In this document: positions 11,934-21,639 of the stretch, piece after piece
Numbering within the stretch: the stretch's first letter is position 1
How the letters are laid out: each line of letters begins with the position of its first letter
Assembly: GCF_000315625.1 (NCBI RefSeq)
Contig: NW_005434631.1
Location: forward strand, 503,891-567,890
Direction of reading: 5' to 3'
Source of the DNA: Guillardia theta CCMP2712
Taxonomy: Eukaryota; Protista; Cryptophyta
DNA: 64,000 bases
The notes under the pieces: generated by a model
Database searches by the model: none
Seen by the model: the letters and a program-made list of their open reading frames with translations, nothing else
What the model was told of the DNA's origin: nothing
Made by a program: the position numbers and the translations under genes

Positions 11934-12356
11934 CTTGTTCGCCCCGAGGGGAGCTCCCGAAACTCAAACTCCCCTTTTCAGTTCAGGACAGACCATCTGG
12001 TTACATCAACTAAAATCAGAACGATATGAGTGTACATGGGATGGACCTTTGAGTTGCAACGGCAACAGATTTGGGCCAAAATGGCACCTAAGCTCAGAGT
12101 CAATCTTGCCAAACACACGAGCTGCTCTGTTCGAGACTTGCCAAAATACCTCTCAAGCTGACACGAGAACCTGCAGGCAGGATATGAATGATACAGATAT
12201 CAGACAAGTTTAAGATCAATGTCATATATTCCAGTTCAGTCTATGCAGTTCAGTCTATGACACTGCAAGTATCAGATACAGCTTGAACCCAGGCTCACTG
12301 ACTCAATACCACTCGCGAGGACACCAAAAACTCAACTATCCCCGGTAGCACTTACA

Positions 12357-12416
12357 TCTCCTTCCATTCTCCTTCCATTCTCCTTCCATTCTCCTTCCAT
12401 TCTCCTTCCATTCTCC
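12357..12416. repeat. 11-bp tandem repeat (TCTCCTTCCAT)n, ~5 copies
   Basis: Visible tandem array. Confidence 0.85.
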
Positions 12417-14687
12417 CTTTCATCTCCTTTCTATACAGACCATTATCTCCATCCCTCTCTGCGCATCGCTCCTGCCATTTCCTTCGCAGGCCTCTGCTTG
12501 AATGACACCAGAGCAAAATCAAAACTCTCCCCCGAAACCTCACGACCCTGACTTACCACCCAACCTTACTACCCCCACCTATAATTATCACAAACTTTCT
12601 ATTGAATTGACCCCCCATGTTCATACTATCATCATTTTTCTTGGTTTGCCCACTGTAATAATAAGAACCTTTACCTACCCTCCTTCACTTACGATTTTAC
12701 TACCCCCCTGACATCATGCGAACCATCCACCCACCTATCTGGACTGAACTCAACTAAAATCTACTGTGTTGGCTTTACCCACCCACCCCTCCAAACAACA
12801 AAACTTTGGTCAAGAGACCCCTACTACTTACTGCAGATTTCAGTCGCAGGACCGGTACTCATCACCCCACTATCCTCGTGCATGACGGTCTTCGAAAATA
12901 GCTATGTTCGCCCAAAACTAAAAAGTCGCTGACCTATTTTAAAATCTCAAAAGGCCTCTTTTCCTCTCAGTCCTGCGACAGGCACCGTGCCTCGTGACGG
13001 TTAGGGGTGTCTTGTCACCCCCCATCTTCCTCTAACTTTCTTTAAGTTAACATATAAGTAAAAGAGCCCATCCATGCTTCCTTTGCCCCTGAGGCTAGAG
13101 AGGGCGCTGCAAGGGCGCCTCGGGGTTAAATTTAGTAGATCACTACGGGTGGTTATGAACAATTGGATAAGAGGGGGTGGGGGTAGTTGCTTTTAAAAAA
13201 CCTCCCCACCTGCGTTCAGGTTGTGCGTTGTTTGTCCCCACTGGACTTCACACTGCAAGCTTCCGCTTCCACATCAGGAGGGAGTGGGAGGAGAGGGGTT
13301 CACACCTCAAGCACCGTTACCCTATCAGCTCATTACATCGCCACGGCCAGCTTCTTACCATGGAGCGCTACTCTACCCTGTGTAGACCTGGAAATTCTCG
13401 ACCCCTCCTCTGTTCTCTCGGCTGGATGGTACCCTCCATCAAGCGGACGAGCCGGATCTGCCCCGGCTCCCTCCCCTACTCGCCTCCTTCCTGCGGGTGC
13501 ATCAGGCCCTGGTTGATCGTGGAGTGCCGCAATATATGACCTCAGTGACCTGGATGACGCACGTTTGCAAAATTCGATCACTTCTCCAGCACTCTTTCAA
13601 CTCGCGGGTGGACCTCCTTTTCTTCCCCCCTAGCGTTCAGTAACAGGACAGTTCATGCAGACTTTCCCCCCTCATCTTGAGCGTCGGGCGCACTTATCCC
13701 AGGTTCAGGCAGCTGGTGCTGGACTTCACCATGACTACTTACATTTGACAATCTCGTGTAGGTTTTCAATATGCTGAATGCGTCATAGCATCTACAATGT
13801 AGAACAAGTGTCCGAGATTGGCCTTTATTGCTGAGCAGATTCGAAGCAGGCAATCATTGATGCTACCTCAACTGAATAGACTACTTGACTGGAAGTTTCT
13901 GAAATGCCAGTGCATTCCATGGAATGAACTTGTTGATGTCTCAGGTGCGTGACCCTCTGGTGATTCGCTGCCGCTCTATCAGAATCTACGGTCTCGACTG
14001 AGCGAATCGTTTGAGATTAACTCGGAAGAATCCTCAAGTCACGTTCGACTCAGGGCCCAACTTCACTTGAAGCTCCTGATTTCAACTAGCCCAAGTTCCT
14101 CAGGCTCGGATCTGATCGCAGTGCTTTCAAACTGAGTATGAAGTTAAGTTGAGACTATTGATCGGAGCTAGTCTCACCTCAGGCTATGCCAAGCAGTTGA
14201 TGTGGCTGGATGCACAGATGCGGGAAGGTATTCATGGAGAAGACAGCAGGAGCTTAGGACTCATGGGAGACAGCAGGCGATAAGCGAGTGAGCTTATATC
14301 AGATCCGAGTCTGCAGGACAGCATGCGGCCCAGGGTATGGGAGGGTCGGTAACGGCTGGGGGGGATTCGGAAGCCCTGGCCTCATAACCCCTGGGGTCAT
14401 GGACACAGGAGGACTAGAGGTCTGATCAGGGAAGATAGTACTATCAGATTTATTCTACCGGAGGCCATACGAGGAGGACCGTGACACGGGACAGCGGCCT
14501 ACGGCTTCAGGAGAACAGAAATCAATTATACCGGAGAACCGGCCGTCGGATCATGGATTGGCACGGTTGCCAGGAGAACTTCGGTACTCGGAAACTTGAA
14601 AGGAGAACGAGGTGAAGGGATCTTGTGCTGGGAGACTTTGATTGCTTGAAGTAAACGAGCTTGAACAGGAAATTTACAAGTCTATCA

Positions 14688-15014
14688 TGATGGAACGTAT
14701 GCCAGCCGTGCCAGTCAGATAGCGCCGAGTTAACAAAAACTCTCCTGTAAACCAAGACGACTTACGTGTCAAGGCGGCAATGTAGTACGTATGATGAAGA
14801 GGAGGCCTTCCTAGCCGTCTTGCTAAGGTCCCCTCATGTCTGGTTGCTTGGGTTTCACATCCTAGCATACAGTCTATCTCTCATGTGCTCCTCAATTCTG
14901 GTTTTGTGTGCATTAAACTCGGTCTTGAGCAAAAACTGTCTTGTTACAACTAAGGTCGATGTGACATCTGCGTGACTTTGGACTAGTACAAGTCTAACAA
15001 ACTTGTATTCCGTC
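14688..15014 (+). repeat. 5' LTR
   Basis: Direct repeat of 15892-16219; imperfect terminal inverted ends TGATGGAA / TTCCGTC. Confidence 0.93.
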
Positions 15015-15891
15015 GGTTATGAGCCTCGATTACATGCTCAATCATGTTGATCTTATATTTGGTTAGTTGAATTGTTTACTGGAGTTTTTTCTTTCTTGGT
15101 ATTGTTTTCCCGTTGCTGTTGACAATTCATGCAAATTCAATTCAAGCCTTACAAATTCGGATGACTCCTCTCTTCAATCAGGCTCTCTCTCTAGCCGCAA
15201 GTTGTTTAGGCCTCTCATCTCAGCCTCAATTTGTTTGATTGATCTTCGAATTGGAAAAACAAGCCTTCCCCAGCCAGATTGGTCGGTCGAATATCTGCTT
15301 AACCGTGTGGAAACGCACTTGAAGCTGATTCGATTTTAATCTTCTTGATCTTTGAGTAGGATCAAATGGAACTACCAGGAGATCTGGCGGAAGTTTCATG
15401 TCATGGAGCTAGGCTGTGGCATGCATAACTGGAGCTACTTCTGGATCGGCGAACAAGGTACTACTGCACAACAATCTTCAGATGCCTTGAAACGGATGTT
15501 CCAATCTCGCGGCAGCAATCTCTGGTCACAAGTTCTTTACGGTTCAAAAAATTTATCTTTTGGTCTTCAAATGCCGGCGGGCACGCTCTCTCTCTCTCTC
15601 TCTCTATCTCTCTTATCTTCTCTCTCTTCAGACTCTCTTATCCTATACTCTATCTCTCGTCATTGCATCCGCTCGCCAGGCATCTCCCCTTATCTCTGTG
15701 CCGCACATCTAACAGCCCTGCATGAAAATCTTCTTCAGAATGGACAATCCTCGAATGGTTATTGCCCACTCAGCATGACTGTGAACTTGACGTTGTATCA
15801 TCGTATCTTGACTTGGATCTGCTGACATTCTCTTGTTTGTGTGACTTTCTGACGTCCGATGTAACGTACTATTTCAGAAACTCGGGGGGAG

Positions 15892-16219
15892 GATGGAACG
15901 TATGCCAGCCGTGCCAGTCAGATAGCGCCGAGTTAACAAAAACTCTCCTGTAAACCAAGACGACTTACGTGTCAAGGCGGCAATGTAGTACGTATGATGA
16001 AGAGGAGGCCTTCCTAGCCGTCTTGCTAAGGTCCCCTCATGTCTGGTTGCTTGGGTTTCACATCCTAGCATACAGTCTATCTCTCATGTGCTCCTCAATT
16101 CTGGTTTTTGTGTGCATTAAACTCGGTCTTGAGCAAAAACTGTCTTGTTACAACTAAGGTCGATGTGACATCTGCGTGACTTTGGACTAGTACAAGTCTA
16201 ACAAACTTGTATTCCGTCA
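15892..16219 (+). repeat. 3' LTR
   Basis: Direct repeat of the 5' LTR; preceded by the PPT and followed by the TSD. Confidence 0.93.
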
Positions 16220-16249
16220 TATCATCATGTCATGAAGGCTCTCAGCAGT

Positions 16250-16590
16250 CAGAGGCTTTGTCAGTGAGTTCGCTATTTCTGAACTTCGGCGGTTCGAAGT
16301 TCAACGGTTGGGCCAGCCGCCGGCCCGGCCGCCGGGCCGCGCGAAACCGTGACGTCCGACCGTACGGTCACTCACTGGCACAGAGCGTCTGGCAGCCCGA
16401 TCCACTCATGGCCGTCCCGGGCCGGAGCCGCGCTCCGGCCGCCCCGGGAGTTCAGCACGCCGGCTGAACAGTTCACGGCCACTGAAGTTTCAAGCCTTCA
16501 GGCTTGAAGTTCTCAGTACTCCGGGCACAACCGTTCAACCGAACCGTTGAACCAGCGACTGGCCGCTTTAGGAGTTGACTGATTTTTAAC
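16250..16590. repeat. GC-rich palindromic intergenic block ending in a partial ACTGATTTTTAAC motif
   Basis: Contains CCGGCCCGG/GGCCGGG-type words as at 28440-28620, 33254-33761 and 42000-42220; shares 13 bp with the dispersed motif. Confidence 0.5.
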
Positions 16591-17047
16591 ATTTTTATAT
16601 GTTATTAACATTTTAATACGTTATTCAGTAACCTATAATCTAAACAGACCTTGTTGTGAGTGCACAGCTTATAGCACTAGTTTTAAAGATATTGACTAAA
16701 TATTTTGGTACAAAGATTGGTACAAGGAACACATTTCAGGACGGTACAAATCATGATGAGTGTTTTCCAAAACTGGTACAAATCAGTACTGGATTATTCT
16801 TTATAATCAAGTTGTATGTGACTTAGCCGAAAAAATGGTGAAAGGCGGGTGAGACATAATCGTTGTATGCAAACACATCTGCGCAGTTTATACCAATATT
16901 ACACTGACTTGGTTGTAAGTCATCTTACAGTCCGGTAGGCTATTGCATGTCAATCGCTGCTCTCCATGTCAACGTCTGAATGAAGTGGAGAATGAGTCTG
17001 TTGGGTCAGGCTTCGAGCAGCGTCAATTCTTCTTACCCTACACAAAG

Positions 17048-19732
17048 TCAGTCACTGTCCATTGCAATGTAACATGTCCACACGCACCGTCGTACACCTT
17101 CGTCACGGTTGGCAACCGCATTCCTCTTCCTCTTGTTCTTTCGGCCTGTGTTGCTCCGACATAACCTTTTGTACATAGTCGTGTATGAAAGCTCGGTGAA
17201 TCTTTTTCTCTGTTTTTTCCATGCATTCGGTCCATACTTCTCCTTGACAAGTTCAACGTAACCATGATTGAAGCACTCTGAATAGTTCTCATGGTCGATC
17301 CCAATATCAGTACTCAAATTTGCAAGTCTTCTGCCCATTACCTCGATGGCCAACATGACTGCTTTTGCTTTGCAAAGGTTCTTCTTCATGTTGGCACACA
17401 CTAGATCTGTTCCTTCCAAACGTTTGAGTGGACCAATACGCTTCCATTCTCCATTAATCTTCTCCTCTTGCCCTAGGTGCCATTTCTGCCACATACTTTT
17501 GCACGGCGTCTTCTGAGGGAAAATAAAACCTTGAGGTACAGGATGTTGCATCCCCCCCCATGTAAACGTTTCGCCTTCAATCAGTATGCCTGTCCTGTCG
17601 TCAATAATTGGCAGTTCCCCTCCACCCCCTCTCCCTGTCAGTTCCTCAGGACCCTGCATCCTGAGTCTCGACGTCAGAAGTCCTTGCATGATTTCACTGA
17701 ATCCTGTATTCATCATGGATGTCAGATCCTCCCGCAGCTTTTCCAGATCTCGTTGAGCTAGTGGAATGGCTCCGTTCACCTCAAAGTTTCTAATGATCAG
17801 CTCGTAAATGTCTTGCGGTAGCGAAGTTGAAACATTCAACACTGTATCGTGCAACAGCTTTGTTCCCTGTTCTTGACTCTCTCGCAGCTTCCTGATTTCA
17901 GCCACATTCATCACGTGCATCGGAACTCCACTGCAGGTCATACCGCATTCTTCGCATTCCCCGCGACAAACACTGATATGATGCTCTTTCAATTCTTGTA
18001 AAAATTGCATTGTTCTTGAGCCTTTCACTGCAAAAACAGGTGACCCCCATAGGAAGTGGTGACTTGGAAACATGTCTTTGAGACGGTCCAGATGGTACAC
18101 TATCTGCGCAAGGAACATTGGTAAACATCTCTTGTAGCTGTCCGGGAACGTGTCGTATCCATCAATGAACTTGTGCATACCAATATCGTTGATTCTTGCC
18201 AGACCTTCTCTTGTGAAATGAGGAGGTAACACATCGAAATTCTCGCTCTTGGTGTTGTTCCCTGCTAGAATACGCCCACAGTATTGATCATTGCCTGGTT
18301 CCACTGTTCCGATGTACCTGTCCTTGGTGTTGCCTAAGGACCAGCTGGCTCGTTGAAATATTGATGTACTGACTGGTCCTCCCGGAATGCCTAGTAGATG
18401 CGTCACGCTCCCCTTCCTAAAACTGTGCGAACCTGCACATTTCAATCTCAGTCTCAAGACTTCCTCAGGCTAGCACTTACCAACATCCCTCCATACTTCC
18501 TCCTGCATGTCCTCTGTGGACAATACCCTTCTCAAGACTTGGCCAAACCTCTGCTTCTGGTCGTTTCCCAGAAAAAATTTGGTGTGACTTATCCTCATTC
18601 TGGTTTGGGAAAACGCATACAAAGCAATGGCCAAGATAGGACAAGACATAGGTTTGTTGGGTGCTGCAAATATGTGCCTTGTTCTGGGAGAAAAAATGTC
18701 GGCGTCAACACCCCCTTGGTCCATCTTGGTCTTCAATATTGTCAGCTTCAAGCAGTCGTTCTCCCAATCAAAGTGTTCAAGATGTAGAATGTCTAAAGTT
18801 TCGCTTCTACAGCAACAGTTCCACATGATCGTGGTACCAGCAAATCCGAACAAGCCTGTTGATCCTATTTCTCGTGCCATAGTGTCTGAACGTATCTGGG
18901 TCATCTTTTCACAAATAATTCCATACTCTCTCACTGCCAAGACACTTTTGCCTTCTTTCAATTTCATCACTCCCGTGGATTTCTTTTGAGTAACCACCCT
19001 TCCATAACCTTTGATGAGTCGACTGAGCCGGTCGTTTAAAGTACTGCCCGATGGCATTCCAGTCGCGTCAAAAGCTACATTTCTGTCTCTGTAATATGCT
19101 TTCAACGCACTCTTGTACCCCTGCAGTGCTCCTAACGACAGCGTTCTCTTGCTTGCCTGGTATCCTGAAATGTCCTCGTTCTCACCCTCGTGTACGTTAT
19201 GCGGATCATCTTGCTGCTCTTCCTCATCCTCATGATCTCCGTCGTCTTCCTGATCTTCGTCTTCCTGATCGTCGTCTTCCTGATCTTCCTGATCTTCCTG
19301 CTCTTCCTGATCTTCCTGCTCTTCCTGCTCTTCCTGCTCTTCCTGCTCTTCCTGCTCTTCCTGCTCTTCCTGCTCTTCCTGCTCTTCCTGCTCTTCCTGC
19401 TCTTCCTGCTCTTCCTGCTCTTCCTGCTCTTCCTGCTCTTCCTGCTCTTGACCTCCTCTTCTCCTTCTAGATTTTGGTAAGTCAGTATTGGTGACAAGGT
19501 CTCCAAACAAACTCTTCAAATCTTTCCATGCCATTGGGAGTATCAATTCGCCGTCCTCGTCGACAGCCCTGGGGTTCACTTTGAGTAACAGACGCACGAT
19601 CCTATTGATCTTGCATCGGTAAACTTTCTTTGTACTATCAGCGATGACTTTGTTCTCTATCAGGTCAAATGCCCTTTCTTGTCGTCGTTGTCGCTCCTGC
19701 AACATGGCATCATTTGCTCTGCTGGATTGCAT
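17048..19732 (-). CDS. Tyrosine recombinase (Crypton-type transposase), ~878 aa, two exons (19732-18481, 18432-17048)
   Basis: Catalytic set in order: CRSET (R), KTKMDQ (K), GSHSFRKG (HxxR), RASWSLG (W), KDRYI (Y). Also RHIFAAP..P..CPILAIALY, GRILAG, VLPPHF, and C-terminal FTWGG..HPVP..F.FP...W..W..G. A 48-bp intron GTAAGT...TGCAG (18480-18433) joins the two ORFs in frame as DVGSHSFRK. Confidence 0.9.
19244..19449 (-). repeat. 9-bp coding tandem repeat, (CAGGAAGAG)n = (QEE)n, inside the recombinase
   Basis: In-frame array grading into QED/DD variants. Confidence 0.95.
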
Positions 19733-20053
19733 TTTTCGGGCAGTTCTGGTTCGATACAAAAATGTTTACTCAATGTCACCATGAGTCAGCATTATTGCGT
19801 GGTGCTACCTTGGAGTGCGCTTTGCACAATTATTTTGACAAAATAACGTTGTGAATGCAGTACCACCCACTCCTGCCCATCCAATGGGCTGGATAGTACC
19901 GGTACATTGCAGGTTGCACTGTCAATCATTAAAATTTTGCAACTTTTTTGTCAGTGCACCATACATACTTTTAAAATTTCGAAATCTATCTGTTTTAGTG
20001 CGCCGAAAAAATTGATTAAAATTTTTTCCGGAAATAGATTCCCTGACGTAAAC

Positions 20054-21502
20054 ATGGCAAAAGCCAGCACCAGGATGGCGATGAAGAGGGAGGGGGAGGG
20101 AGATGGAGAGGAAGAGAGTGGGAGGAAGTGAGAGACGGGGGCAAAGGTAGAGGTAGAAGGAGAAATAGATGTGGTAAACGATGTGACAGATACGTGACAG
20201 TAATAAGAGATCATTCGTCAAGGAAAACCATGATGCAGGAATGTGCAGCAAAATGTCGTAGTTGCACATGGCGGAGGAAACATCATGCTTGATGTTCCAG
20301 ATAGAGCTACTGCCAGAGTGCATGTATGAGGCTCCAGAGAAATCGATGTTTTCTCCCATCCAATGTGGAATGGAGTCGGCGGCCGAAGAAATCCTGACAC
20401 GTTGTTACTTGGCAGTTGTACCGTCCCGTTCCATCCCCTCCATCTCTTCTAACGGATAGTGAAGCAAACCGAGATCGGGTACTTTCCCATCTGATCAGAC
20501 CTTTCTTCCTGTCAAGTCTTGTACTCCAAACCTCCTGCTCAATCTCCGCGCGCCAGCACAAATCATGGGATTCTCCGCGTTCCTCATCAGCATCATTGAC
20601 ACCGACGTCCGATCGGACAGGAGCTGTGGCCTCACGCAGAAGTATGTTGTGTACGTCATGAGGATCTGCAACGGAGACAAGCAATGGGTGTGCGAGAAGA
20701 GATACACTGACTTCATGATCTTGGACGAAGTGTTGAGGTCCAAGTTCTGGTACGCACAGGTAAGGACGGAGAGAGGGGGAAGGGGGGATGGGGGAAGAGA
20801 AAGCCTTGATGTTTGAATGACTGTGCTCAAGGTACCAAAGCTCCCACAGAAGAAATTGTTCTTCAACTTCGACGAACAATTCGTGAACAAGTGAGGAGGG
20901 GGAGGGGGAGAGGGTGGGGGTGGGGGTTGAGGATGAGGATGAGAAAGGGGTTGAAGAGGCGATAATGTTGCTTGTTCTCACTTTTTCGTGCAGGAGACGA
21001 AAAGAGCTTGAAGAGTACATGCGTTCTCTGCTTCAGGTGAGACCTAGCGAGTGAAGGCATGAGGGGGCTGGGGCTGTGCGTGGAGAAGGTTTCATAAGGG
21101 AAGGGAAAGGAAGATTTTCGTTTCTGACTTGATCCAAAGGTCGCCAGCTTCTCACAAAGTGATGAGATGTGGCAATTCTTGACCGATAGCAGCGTAAGCT
21201 CCTTGCCAATTTCCACCCTGCCCTCTTTCTCTTCTTCCCTCCCTCTCCCTCTCCCTCTCCCTCTCCCTCTCCCTCTCCCTCTCCCTCTCCCTCTCCCTCT
21301 CCCTCTCCCTCTCCCTCTCCCTCTCCCTCTCCCTCTCCCTCTCCTGACGGACTGACTGACTGACTCATCTCTTCGCAGAATATTGTTGGGGTCCCTCCCG
21401 AGCTGCAGGAGGAGAACGTACGGCACAAGCAGGTGAGGGTGCAGCGCGTGAATGAGACGATAGAGTGAAAGAGCGCAGGTGCTGCCAATGGACGGGCCCT
21501 GA
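20054..21502 (+). CDS. PX (phox homology) domain protein, multi-exon
   Basis: Spliced reading [40 protein letters not shown]|[20 protein letters not shown]|[14 protein letters not shown]|[14 protein letters not shown] matches the PX pattern. Ends approximate. Confidence 0.8.
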
Positions 21503-21639
21503 AGAATTTGGAGGGAATTAAATGAAGAGGAGGAGGAGGAGGAGGAGGAAATTTTGAGTGAGGGTGTGATGTGCTAGTATAGCTTACTGGAGAGATCATC
21601 TTGTATCGTTGATTTTCTTTGCATGTATTGTTGAATGTC

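Larger units (their letters stand above)
14688..16219 (+). mobile_element. Non-autonomous Ty1/copia-type LTR retroelement (TRIM-like), 1532 bp
   Basis: Two ~328-bp LTRs differing internally only by one T in a homopolymer; outer ends TG...CA. TSD TATCA at 14683-14687 and 16220-16224; PBS GGTTATGAGCC at 15015-15025; PPT GGGGGGAG at 15884-15891. No gag/pol ORF inside. Confidence 0.93.
16590..19900 (-). mobile_element. Crypton DNA transposon (boundaries approximate)
   Basis: Tyrosine recombinase gene with no RT/RNase H; lower-GC composition than host genes; AT-rich 3' flank with four GGTACAA words (16707-16782). Termini not defined. Confidence 0.7.

Noticed and set aside
13177-14200. Coding gene in the region left of the LTR element
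   Set aside because: Only short ORFs with many stops and no recognisable motif; possibly decayed mobile DNA.
15067-15825. gag/pol ORFs inside the LTR element
   Set aside because: Short ORFs with no zinc knuckle, protease, integrase or RT motifs.
18433-18480. Crypton as a frameshifted pseudogene or two separate genes
   Set aside because: A canonical GT-AG intron of host-typical size joins the ORFs in frame and restores the catalytic motif.
13065-19883. GCCCATCCA at ~13065 and ~19875 as terminal direct repeats of a 6.8-kb Crypton
   Set aside because: Only 9 bp long, and a similar CCCATCCA occurs at ~20355; cannot be supported without other copies.
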